Positions 37,618 through 45,346 of a stretch of 64,000 nucleotides of DNA are shown in pieces (position 1 is the stretch's first letter; every line of letters starts with the position of its first letter). The stretch spans positions 96,001 through 160,000 of the IMG/VR virus record IMGVR_UViG_3300042090_002485. The stretch is one strand, 5' to 3'. The translations under genes were made by a program, and so were the position numbers. The notes under the pieces were generated by a model. It did no database searches. It was not told where the DNA came from and saw nothing but the letters and a program-made list of their open reading frames with translations. The DNA comes from a virus.

Positions 37618-38037
37618 GTGCCCATGAAAAAGAACACGTTCGACGAGATGGTCGAGCGCATCGCTGCAGCGACCGCAAAGCTTCGCCAAGCGCAGAAACT
37701 CTGGGACGAGGCCCGGCGCGAACTGGTGCTCGCTGTAGTCGGGGAAGACGTCAACGACGCCCCCAAGCCTGCGAAGAAGCCTGCGAAGAAGCCGACGAAG
37801 AAGCCCCCAACGCCGGTCGATTTCGCAGTCGATTCGCCGCCGCGCCTCGCCGCGCTCGACCAGCGCATCCTCACGTCCATCAAGGACAAGGGCCCGCTGA
37901 GTACAGCCGTCGTGATGGCGCTACACAAGATCGAGAGCCCGGTCGCGCACAAGGCGCTTCAGCGTCTGCTCGCGCGCGAACTCATCACCGCGACGGGCAA
38001 CACCGTCAACCGCAAGTGGAAGGTCCAAAGTAAATGA
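37618..38037 (+). CDS. Probable DNA-binding protein: coiled coil, Lys/Pro linker, C-terminal winged-helix-like domain (139 aa)
   Basis: KPAKKPAKKPTKKP linker; RILTSIKDKGPLSTAVV...HKALQRLLARELITATG. Confidence 0.65.
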   Translation: MPMKKNTFDEMVERIAAATAKLRQAQKLWDEARRELVLAVVGEDVNDAPKPAKKPAKKPTKKPPTPVDFAVDSPPRLAALDQRILTSIKDKGPLSTAVVMALHKIESPVAHKALQRLLARELITATGNTVNRKWKVQSK

Positions 38038-38381
38038 AACTCAGGCTCGTCAAGACCTGCTCGTTCCAGAAGAGCGAGCTGAACAACTTCCTCGACGTCG
38101 TCCGGGAGCGCCCTGAGCTGGGATCGAAGGACAGCAAGTACCGCCTGCAGCGCGAAGACGTCGTGCTGCTGGTGTCGAAGATGGAGAACCAGCTCGTCTT
38201 CCTGCACGGCTTCGACTTCACTGGCGGCACGCAGGTGCTGCGCAGCACGCGCTTTCGCATTTCAAACAGCAAGGCGCGCTGGAACCCGCTTTTACTCGCG
38301 AACTACGCGCGGACCGTCGGCATCCAGCTGAGCGGCCTGCAGGCGTACGAAGACCACATCAAGAGGGAACAGAAGCGATGA
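38034..38381 (+). CDS. Hypothetical protein (115 aa)
   Basis: ATGA-type overlap. Confidence 0.7.
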   Translation: MKLRLVKTCSFQKSELNNFLDVVRERPELGSKDSKYRLQREDVVLLVSKMENQLVFLHGFDFTGGTQVLRSTRFRISNSKARWNPLLLANYARTVGIQLSGLQAYEDHIKREQKR

Positions 38382-39160
38382 CGCTCAAGCTCAAGGACGT
38401 CCTGCCGCATGACTGCTGGCGGTTCCTGCCAAACCACATGGCACCGGACCTCAAGTCAACGGTCAACTACAACGATGACCTACAGGAAGAAGAGCCCAAG
38501 GATAAGCCCAAGGTCTGGAATGACTTCGCCTGGAAAGAAAACGACAAGTCGCAGTTCTGGGAAGACAACTGCGAGCGCCCGATCGAGCTGCTCGAACACT
38601 ACTCGACGCACCCAGAGCCAACACTGCTGAACCTGCTGCGCCGTGACCTCAAGGTCGGCGACTGCTTCAAGTACCTCGAGGACTACGATACCTATGCCGA
38701 CGTCATGCCCTACGTCGTCGTTGGTCCTGGCGAAAAGGAGCTGCCCGAGGGCTGGTTCAAGAGCGGCGACAAAAACAACCTGTACCGCGGCCACGAACAT
38801 GTGCGACTGGTCCGGCGTCTGGACGGGACGTACCCGAAGCGCAGAGCCGCACCGAAGATCGAGCCGATCATCCTGCCGTGTATCAGCCCGCTCGATGAGA
38901 TCCTGCGCAAGACGCTCGGCAAGGGCAAGGACGTCGTGACGGGCGCCGAGTGCCTGCGGCGCCTCGAAGGCGCGATGCGCACCGAATCGTTCGGCGGTCT
39001 CGACGACGCGCAGTACCGGCTTGGTCTGCAGGTCTGGGAGGCGAAGCTCCGCGAACTGCAGGCCCAGGCGCGTGCCGCCGAGGCCATCGACCGGGTCAGC
39101 CTCGTCTGCGACGACCAGGACGAGCTACCGAACATGGTCTACATTGGCGTCGATGACTAG
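38378..39160 (+). CDS. Hypothetical protein (260 aa)
   Basis: ATGA overlap; coding-like codon use. Confidence 0.75.
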   Translation: MTLKLKDVLPHDCWRFLPNHMAPDLKSTVNYNDDLQEEEPKDKPKVWNDFAWKENDKSQFWEDNCERPIELLEHYSTHPEPTLLNLLRRDLKVGDCFKYLEDYDTYADVMPYVVVGPGEKELPEGWFKSGDKNNLYRGHEHVRLVRRLDGTYPKRRAAPKIEPIILPCISPLDEILRKTLGKGKDVVTGAECLRRLEGAMRTESFGGLDDAQYRLGLQVWEAKLRELQAQARAAEAIDRVSLVCDDQDELPNMVYIGVDD

Positions 39161-39443
39161 ACGCAAGAAGCGCGTCTGGCGTGTGCGTGTCGATGTCACC
39201 CGTGAGGTCGAGGTGTTCGCATCTGACGCCGAAACCGCACAGAAATACGCAGCGGCGCTTGGCATCTACAAACTCAGACGCAAGACCCGCGAAACACGCA
39301 TCACTGACTCAGTGATGTGGGTCGACAGGATGAGCGTCGGACACGTTGAGGGCTGCCGCGGCAAGCACTGCAAGCACTTCAACTGCGACACGGAGACCGA
39401 CGCGCCGTACTACTGCACCACGTGCGATCCGGGGGCTCAGTGA
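39153..39443 (+). CDS. Hypothetical protein with C-terminal Cys cluster (96 aa)
   Basis: CRGKHC...YCTTC. Confidence 0.65.
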   Translation: MTRRKKRVWRVRVDVTREVEVFASDAETAQKYAAALGIYKLRRKTRETRITDSVMWVDRMSVGHVEGCRGKHCKHFNCDTETDAPYYCTTCDPGAQ

Positions 39444-39706
39444 CGCTCGCGGAGGTCCTCCAGCGCATCAAGACGCTGCCTCGAGTCGGTGACAGCGCGA
39501 TCGTTCTGGACAAGCACGGCGTCGCGCACGTTCTCGTCGTCACCGAGGTGAAGAACCGGGGTGCTCGCGCCAACGCGCTCAGTGCAGTGCTCGCCGGCGA
39601 GGTAACGTTCATGTGCGGATGCGAGGCGATGACCTACGAGTCGAAGCAGATCGAGCATCTCGAGATCGCGCCCATCATCACGTGCGTGGTGTGCAGGGCG
39701 CTGTGA
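39440..39706 (+). CDS. HCCC zinc-finger microprotein 6
   Basis: DKHGVAH...FMCG...IITCVVCRA. Confidence 0.72.
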   Translation: MTLAEVLQRIKTLPRVGDSAIVLDKHGVAHVLVVTEVKNRGARANALSAVLAGEVTFMCGCEAMTYESKQIEHLEIAPIITCVVCRAL

Positions 39707-39891
39707 ACAAGCCGAACATCGCCGATGGACATGGTGTCGTGCACCACAACGATGGCACGGACCACTTCGGGTGCGGCGCGTGCTGTACACGCATACCGAC
39801 GACGCGAGCGACCGCCGTTCGCACCACTCGCGAACCTGTCACATGCGTCAAGTGCCTCGCGTGGGCATTCGACCGAAAGTTGGAATCATGA
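39703..39891 (+). CDS. HCCC zinc-finger microprotein 7
   Basis: DGHGVVH...FGCG...PVTCVKCLA. Confidence 0.72.
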   Translation: MNKPNIADGHGVVHHNDGTDHFGCGACCTRIPTTRATAVRTTREPVTCVKCLAWAFDRKLES

Positions 39892-40328
39892 CCGAGTTGA
39901 AACGAGACCCTGTCAAGCTGGCCCAGATCTCCAAGGAACTGGACCGGCTCTCAGCGATGGTCGACCGCGTGACCAAGAACGACATCACCAACGCGGCCAT
40001 GGTCATCCTCGACTGCGCCAACGACATTCAAGACATGTTGCGCGGCAAGCTGCGCGGCTGCAAGTGCCAGCAGATCGACCGCGACGATGGTGGCAGCTAC
40101 CTCATCTACAACAACGACTGCGTTCACCATGGCTTCCTCGCACGCGAACGTGAGCGCGTCGAGAACTGGTTCAAGGACGAGCAGGCCAGGCTCGAGGACT
40201 CCCGGCTGTGGAAACTCGTCGAAGCGGCGATGGCTAGGCCAGATCTGGACGCACAGCAGGTGTGGAATTTTGCAAAGGCGGTTCTCGCCAATGCGCCCGC
40301 GGCGCCTGAAAAACGATCCAAGCCATGA
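39888..40328 (+). CDS. Hypothetical helical protein (146 aa)
   Basis: ATGA overlap; CKC...CVHHG. Confidence 0.7.
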   Translation: MTELKRDPVKLAQISKELDRLSAMVDRVTKNDITNAAMVILDCANDIQDMLRGKLRGCKCQQIDRDDGGSYLIYNNDCVHHGFLARERERVENWFKDEQARLEDSRLWKLVEAAMARPDLDAQQVWNFAKAVLANAPAAPEKRSKP

Positions 40329-40488
40329 GTTCTGTGAGCTGGAGTTCGGCGTGCATCCGCAAGCCAGCGGCGCGGTAAAGCGCCGCCATGCAGCAGGCGG
40401 TTCTTGGCGTCAAGTCCAGGTACGCTGCATCCATGACGGTGCGCGCAGTGCGAACGCCGAGCCAGCAGTCGAAAGTGAGGTTTGATGG

Positions 40489-40503
40489 GTTTACACGATA
40501 AAC
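40489..40503. promoter_or_regulatory. GTT-N6-ATAAAC element, palindromic form GTTTA-N5-TAAAC
   Basis: GTTTACACGATAAAC at the head of the first dense zinc-finger array. Confidence 0.6.
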
Positions 40504-40514
40504 ACAGAGCGCAG

Positions 40515-40736
40515 GTGCCACGTCGCGCAGGCGCGCTCGTCGACCCATCGGGCGTTGTCCATGACCGAATCCACGTCGATTCCGCCAGCACGCCAGAATT
40601 TCACGTCACGCGATGCGAAGACAGCGGACGAGGATTCATCGAAGCCGAGTGGTCAAACGAGGACCTTCGCCCCGCACCACGCTGGACCGCGACGACGTGT
40701 GTAGCGTGCTTGGCCGCGAGGAGGCGCGATGCCTAG
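40515..40736 (+). CDS. HCCC zinc-finger microprotein 8 (alternative start 40485)
   Basis: DPSGVVH...TRCE...ATTCVACLA. Confidence 0.72.
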   Translation: MPRRAGALVDPSGVVHDRIHVDSASTPEFHVTRCEDSGRGFIEAEWSNEDLRPAPRWTATTCVACLAARRRDA

Positions 40737-40920
40737 AGAAAAGGCGTGCAATTTTACAGGGCCTGACGTCTTGATTCACGCAGCGTGGCCTTACAACGGC
40801 ACGAACACAACGCTCTGCGAGTACATGAACTCCGACTACCGGTTCTCTTCAGAGAGCCTGCGTGCAACCAGCACCCCGGTCAACTGCGTGCGGTGCATCG
40901 CGGCGGAAGTTGATGTCTAG
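40729..40920 (+). CDS. HCCC zinc-finger microprotein 9
   Basis: DVLIH...TLCE...PVNCVRCIA. Confidence 0.72.
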   Translation: MPREKACNFTGPDVLIHAAWPYNGTNTTLCEYMNSDYRFSSESLRATSTPVNCVRCIAAEVDV

Positions 40921-41122
40921 GCGTTACCGTCATCGCGACGGCATCGTTCACCTCGCAGCCGACCTCGGCACCAAAACACACATCACGGTGTGCGAACGCG
41001 TCTACGACAAGGATGTCTTCATCAGCGAGGACCTGGCCGAAGTCGACGCGATTGTGACGTGCGCGCGGTGCCTCGGTGCGCCGCAACACATGCACGTCTT
41101 GCACGGGCACGGGCCAGCATGA
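40913..41122 (+). CDS. HCCC zinc-finger microprotein 10
   Basis: RDGIVH...TVCE...IVTCARCLG. Confidence 0.72.
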   Translation: MSRRYRHRDGIVHLAADLGTKTHITVCERVYDKDVFISEDLAEVDAIVTCARCLGAPQHMHVLHGHGPA

Positions 41123-41331
41123 AGTGGCGCTTCTGGCGCGGGTCCAATGGCGTCACGCACGAAACCTTCGGCATAGCCGGCCGCCGATCTATGACGCTGT
41201 GTGAGAACGTCGAGATGCGGATGTTGTACGACGCCGACACGCTCAAGCGTGGCAAGAAGCCCGTGACGTGCGTGATCTGCGTCGCTGAGGGCATCCGACG
41301 AAAGGCAAGGCGCGCCCATGAGCTGGCGTGA
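41119..41331 (+). CDS. HCCC zinc-finger microprotein 11
   Basis: WRGSNGVTH...TLCE...PVTCVICVA. Confidence 0.75.
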   Translation: MKWRFWRGSNGVTHETFGIAGRRSMTLCENVEMRMLYDADTLKRGKKPVTCVICVAEGIRRKARRAHELA

Positions 41332-41524
41332 CCCGACGGGCGTCGCCCACGAGACGGGCGGAAGCCACGGGGCCGCTTCGCTGATGCTATGCGAAGCGTC
41401 GAACGTCGCAACGATGTGGCCTTCAAACGCCCTGAAGGAACACGAGGGACCTACGACGTGCGTACGGTGTCTCGCGGAGCTGGCGCGGCTGCAGTCGCAG
41501 CATCCACGCTACGGTCGCCCCTGA
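41318..41524 (+). CDS. HCCC zinc-finger microprotein 12
   Basis: WRDPTGVAH...MLCE...PTTCVRCLA. Confidence 0.75.
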   Translation: MSWRDPTGVAHETGGSHGAASLMLCEASNVATMWPSNALKEHEGPTTCVRCLAELARLQSQHPRYGRP

Positions 41525-41663
41525 GCACCAACGCGCCGATCAGCTCCACAAACCACTGCCCTGCGTCGCTGTTGCGCTTTGCCGCGAGCGACAGCCCGAC
41601 CATCAGCGCCAGCGCCCGAGGGCACTGGTCGCGGGAGAACATGGAGTACTCGCGGCGGCACAT
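41451..41663 (-). CDS. Small opposite-strand ORF inside the array (70 aa)
   Basis: Fills the only gap in the plus-strand array; GC3-rich; ATG next to the quasi-palindromic element. Confidence 0.45.
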   Translation of the reverse strand: MCRREYSMFSRDQCPRALALMVGLSLAAKRNSDAGQWFVELIGALVLRGDRSVDAATAAAPAPRDTVRTS

Positions 41664-41664
41664 G

Positions 41665-41679
41665 GTTTACCTGATAAAC
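41665..41679. promoter_or_regulatory. GTT-N6-ATAAAC element, palindromic form, between divergent ORFs
   Basis: GTTTACCTGATAAAC. Confidence 0.6.
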
Positions 41680-41701
41680 GGCGCACGGAGGTTACGCGAT
41701 T

Positions 41702-41926
41702 ATGCTGCATGAGATGGGGCACCGCGTCAACGACAAAGAGGTGGTCGCGCACTGTTCGCTCGACGACCTGGCGCACCGGTTCACCCAAATTGTCGAGGTC
41801 TCAATATGGCGTTCCTGGTGCGGGGCTCACACCGTGTTGGCCTGGGGATACCTGCCGTTTACCCGCCTCGACGAGCCGGCGACAGCGACGTGTGTGCGGT
41901 GTCAGGCACGCGGCGGACCGCCGTGA
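41702..41926 (+). CDS. HCCC zinc-finger microprotein 13
   Basis: DDLAH...SWCG...TATCVRCQA; GGAGG RBS. Confidence 0.72.
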   Translation: MLHEMGHRVNDKEVVAHCSLDDLAHRFTQIVEVSIWRSWCGAHTVLAWGYLPFTRLDEPATATCVRCQARGGPP

Positions 41927-42132
41927 ACGTCGTCTTCAACTACCTCATCCACGAGGTGTCCCGGACCGAAACGCATTCTCGGTTCGGTCTGACGTTCTGC
42001 GGTTACGCATTCACGCTCGAGTTCTCAACCGGACGCACGTTCCTGCATGTGTTCAGCGCTGACGTGACACGCGCCCCGGTCAACTGCGCTGCCTGCATCG
42101 GTCTTGCTGACGAAAGGGACCCCACCACATGA
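41923..42132 (+). CDS. HCCC zinc-finger microprotein 14
   Basis: NYLIH...TFCG...PVNCAACIG. Confidence 0.72.
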   Translation: MNVVFNYLIHEVSRTETHSRFGLTFCGYAFTLEFSTGRTFLHVFSADVTRAPVNCAACIGLADERDPTT

Positions 42133-42677
42133 TCTTCAAGGCGACCCGTGGCCAGCTCTGGCACGTAGTCCACGAGACTCGCACCGCCAACTTCAAAGAC
42201 GTGACGTACGTGCTGTGCCGCTCAGAGTACCTCGGCGCGGGCATGCGCAAGCGAGGGTCGGTCACATCAACGTCCGCTGCGTGCTCCGTCTGTCTCAAGA
42301 TCGATAACCCGATGACGTTGTCGACGGCAGCTCGCGCGGCCCTCGAAGAGTCCGCGACCGTCAGGCCAGATGGCCTAGGCCTGCGCAACAGCCGCGGCTA
42401 CCGCGAGCTGCAGACCGCTGACCTCGTGGACGGGGACGAGGAACTGACCGCTCGTGGCCGTGTACTCGCACAGGACTTCACGGAGGGCCCGTCGCCCATG
42501 CCGGATGAACACGGTGTGGTGCACAAGCGAGACCCGTTCCAGTACAAGGCTCGGTGCGACGGCACGCCTCTCCAACCGTTCCGCGGTGTAGTGACGCTGG
42601 ACACCTATGTCAAGCTCCGGCAGGTCTACGCTGGGACTGTCGTGACGTGCGTGGCGTGCCTGTCCCTCAACCCATAG
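42129..42677 (+). CDS. Double HCCC zinc-finger protein 15 (182 aa)
   Basis: WHVVH...VLC...AACSVC, helical linker, DEHGVVH...ARC...VVTCVACL. Confidence 0.75.
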   Translation: MIFKATRGQLWHVVHETRTANFKDVTYVLCRSEYLGAGMRKRGSVTSTSAACSVCLKIDNPMTLSTAARAALEESATVRPDGLGLRNSRGYRELQTADLVDGDEELTARGRVLAQDFTEGPSPMPDEHGVVHKRDPFQYKARCDGTPLQPFRGVVTLDTYVKLRQVYAGTVVTCVACLSLNP

Positions 42678-42721
42678 GAGAACTTCCATGGCCAACAAAT
42701 CGCTTTCAGGAGAGGCCCGAC

Positions 42722-43132
42722 ATGTCGAAGTTCATCGTCCAGCACGTGGACACGCAGGATCGCTACGCCTACTTCGAGGTCGACGACTCTGTCGCGTTCC
42801 TTGTGCAGCGTGTGCTCGACGGCGTTATCAAGCCCAAGCACGTGCTTGAAGCGCGTGTCTGGGAGGTGCTCCTGTGCGTGACACCGAGCCAGCAAGCCGT
42901 CGAGCAGCTCGTCGCACAGGAGCGTCGCATCGCGCTGGCCCCGCGGTCTCCCACAACGATCGCACGAGACTACAAGAAGAAGCGAATTTCTGACACAGAA
43001 CTCGAGCAACTTCGCGGAGCGTTAATCGCACGAGCGACGACCGACGACGAACGCGAGAAATACGCGGCACCGTGGCCGCACAACACGGCCGACCCCGAGC
43101 CCAAGGACGAAGATCCAGGAGTGTCGATATGA
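42722..43132 (+). CDS. Hypothetical protein (136 aa)
   Basis: AGGAG/GAGG RBS, ATG 42722. Confidence 0.7.
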   Translation: MSKFIVQHVDTQDRYAYFEVDDSVAFLVQRVLDGVIKPKHVLEARVWEVLLCVTPSQQAVEQLVAQERRIALAPRSPTTIARDYKKKRISDTELEQLRGALIARATTDDEREKYAAPWPHNTADPEPKDEDPGVSI

Positions 43133-43140
43133 TAAACATC

Positions 43141-43242
43141 ATGCGCTGGACGCTGAAGATTCTCGGGTTCCTGGTCAAGGTCCGCGCTCATGTGCGTGCC
43201 GGCGGAACCGTGCCCGTGATGGCGTACTGGAGAAGCACGTGA
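43141..43242 (+). CDS. Small basic peptide (33 aa)
   Basis: MRWTLKILGFLVKVRAHVRAGGTVPVMAYWRST; stop overlaps the next GTG; preceded by GATAAACATC. Confidence 0.5.
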   Translation: MRWTLKILGFLVKVRAHVRAGGTVPVMAYWRST

Positions 43243-43472
43243 AAGGCAGCGCACCGTGCGAAGGCTCGCCGGTTCGTGACCACGCTCGCGATGATGGCGT
43301 CGTACATCGCTCGATGCGGGACCAGAGCCAGTACCGCCCGCACGAAGCCTACGTGCCGTGCATGGGCTGGCGCAAAGCACGCGAGCTGCTGTGGGTCGAC
43401 AAAGAAGCGCCTATCACGTGCGCAGCGTGCATCGGGACCGTTGTCACGAACATGCCGATGAGGCCGCGATGA
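43239..43472 (+). CDS. HCCC zinc-finger microprotein 16
   Basis: DDGVVH...VPCMGWR...PITCAACIG. Confidence 0.72.
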   Translation: MKGSAPCEGSPVRDHARDDGVVHRSMRDQSQYRPHEAYVPCMGWRKARELLWVDKEAPITCAACIGTVVTNMPMRPR

Positions 43473-43687
43473 CGATGCTCGAGGTGCTGCCGATCATCTT
43501 CGGCGACAAAATCGCGCACCGAGCACTTCGCAACAACACGACGCCCCACGACACACGAGTTTGGATTCCGTGTGCAGGCTGGCGTATCCCGCACGGGTAC
43601 CAACGGCTTGCCGCTGGTACGCCGGTCACGTGCGTGCTGTGCCTGGCAGCTGACGAGCGCGGAGCATTACGACGAGAGGGACCATGA
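43469..43687 (+). CDS. HCCC zinc-finger microprotein 17
   Basis: GDKIAH...IPCAGWR...PVTCVLCLA. Confidence 0.72.
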   Translation: MTMLEVLPIIFGDKIAHRALRNNTTPHDTRVWIPCAGWRIPHGYQRLAAGTPVTCVLCLAADERGALRREGP

Positions 43688-44940
43688 TCTTCAACGACAG
43701 CGACAGAGTGAACGCCCAGCGCATCTTCGAAAACATCGCGGCGCGCACCGCCGATCCCCAAGGCGGCATTGACCGCGCGTCCTATGGGCGCGGCGAGACG
43801 CGTGCGCTCGCGGAACTGTTGATGGAAGCGAACAAGCTCGGCGTCTACGCCGGCACCGACCACGCTGACAACCTGGTGATGTCGCTCGAGCAGTCGCTCG
43901 CAGTGACGCGCGACAAGGTCACCGTGATCGGGTCGCACCTCGACTCGGTGCCGCGCGGCGGGAACTACGACGGCCTCGCTGGCGTCGTCGCGGCGTTGCT
44001 CATCCTCGGCAAGGCGCGCGAGCGCGGCGTGACGAAGCCGCTCCGCGGCGTCGGCCTGCGCGGCGAGGAGTCAGCATGGTTCGGCGTGCCGCACCTAGGC
44101 GCCAAGGCGATGCTTGGCAAGCTCAGCCTGGCGGACCTCGCGCTGATCCGCCGTGGAGACCCCGAAGCAACGCTGGCGCGCTGCATGGGTTCGTGTGGCG
44201 CCGAGATCGGCAAGGTCGAGAGCGGCTATCGCTCGTTCGAGCCGGCGTCGATCGAGGAGTACTGGGAGCTGCACATCGAACAGGGCCCGGTACTGGCGGA
44301 GCGTCAGATTCCGGTTGGCATCGTCACCAACATCCGCGGCCACGCCCGCACGACGACGGCGCGGGTCATCGGCGAAGCCGCGCACTCTGGTACGACGCCG
44401 ATGGGGAACCGCAAGGACGCGGTGCGCCGGTTCTGTGCGCTCGTAACGATGCTTGCGCAAACACGCAAGCGCATGGCCGTTCGTGATGTCGACATCGTCT
44501 TCACTATCGGTACGGTCAACACCGACCCAGCCCGGCATTCGGTGACGACCGTCGCTGATGAAGTGAAGTTCTCGCTGGACGTACGCAGCGTTGACCCGAC
44601 GGTTCCTCAGCTCTTCCTCGAACAAGCGAAAGAGCATGGGATGGACACGGACGGCGAAGCGTGGCTCGATCTAGGATCGGTGCGCTACACCGCGCCGATC
44701 TCGCTGAGTCGGCGCCTGATGACGCGCGCGTCGATGGCAGCGCACAGCCTAGGCATTGTTCCGATGGAACTACCCAGTGGCGCCGGTCACGATGCAGGCG
44801 TGTTTGCCGACGCCGGCGTGCCGACTGGCATGATCTTCGTGCGCAACTACCACGGATCGCACAACCCGCAGGAAGAAATGCACATGGATGACTTCATGCG
44901 CGGCCTGGAAGTGCTGTGGGCTACGGTAATAGGTTCGTAG
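43684..44940 (+). CDS. M20-family Zn-dependent amidohydrolase (allantoate amidohydrolase/N-carbamoylase-like, 418 aa)
   Basis: IGSHLDSVPRGGNYDGLAGV, GEES, ELHIEQGPVL, AHSGTTPM..RKDA, SGAGHDA, SHNPQE. Confidence 0.93.
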   Translation: MIFNDSDRVNAQRIFENIAARTADPQGGIDRASYGRGETRALAELLMEANKLGVYAGTDHADNLVMSLEQSLAVTRDKVTVIGSHLDSVPRGGNYDGLAGVVAALLILGKARERGVTKPLRGVGLRGEESAWFGVPHLGAKAMLGKLSLADLALIRRGDPEATLARCMGSCGAEIGKVESGYRSFEPASIEEYWELHIEQGPVLAERQIPVGIVTNIRGHARTTTARVIGEAAHSGTTPMGNRKDAVRRFCALVTMLAQTRKRMAVRDVDIVFTIGTVNTDPARHSVTTVADEVKFSLDVRSVDPTVPQLFLEQAKEHGMDTDGEAWLDLGSVRYTAPISLSRRLMTRASMAAHSLGIVPMELPSGAGHDAGVFADAGVPTGMIFVRNYHGSHNPQEEMHMDDFMRGLEVLWATVIGS

Positions 44941-45155
44941 CGCGCAGCGGCACGCGCACGCGCAAGTACCGCCAAGACCCACTCGTGCACCACGTCATAG
45001 AGCACCTGACGCGCGGCGAGAAGAACTTGTTCATCGTCTGCACTGGACATTGGGTCGGTCGCACACAAATCAACCTGACGGACGAACCCATCATGTGCGT
45101 GCGGTGCTTGGCGTCGATTCAAACGTACCAACGACAGTACCCAAAGGGCCTATGA
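44916..45155 (+). CDS. HCCC zinc-finger microprotein 18 (start uncertain)
   Basis: QDPLVHH...IVC...PIMCVRCLA. Confidence 0.65.
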   Translation: MGYGNRFVARSGTRTRKYRQDPLVHHVIEHLTRGEKNLFIVCTGHWVGRTQINLTDEPIMCVRCLASIQTYQRQYPKGL

Positions 45156-45268
45156 CCATCGACGACATCATCGAGTTCGTGCACAGCGACAAGCCATTCA
45201 CCCCAGAGATCGTCGCGGCCGCCGCGGCCATGCTCAACGAACCGGAGAACTCGCGCGCGCGATCGTGA
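45152..45268 (+). CDS. Small hypothetical peptide (38 aa)
   Basis: ATGA overlap. Confidence 0.45.
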   Translation: MTIDDIIEFVHSDKPFTPEIVAAAAAMLNEPENSRARS

Positions 45269-45284
45269 TGCGGCGTAGGCCGCG

Positions 45285-45325
45285 TTGACGAGCCCTCAAC
45301 CTTAGCCTATGTTGGCCCCATAAAC
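45285..45325 (+). promoter_or_regulatory. Sigma70-like promoter TTGACG-N17-TATGTT overlapped by a GTT-N6-ATAAAC element
   Basis: -35 at 45285-45290, -10 at 45308-45313, element GTTGGCCCCATAAAC at 45311-45325; same layout as 22191-22231. Confidence 0.75.
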
Positions 45326-45346
45326 CTCTGCCTGAGGAACCACCAC

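Noticed and set aside
38034-38381. Resemblance to the IS66 accessory protein TnpB
   Set aside because: Key motifs not matched; no transposase or terminal repeats nearby.
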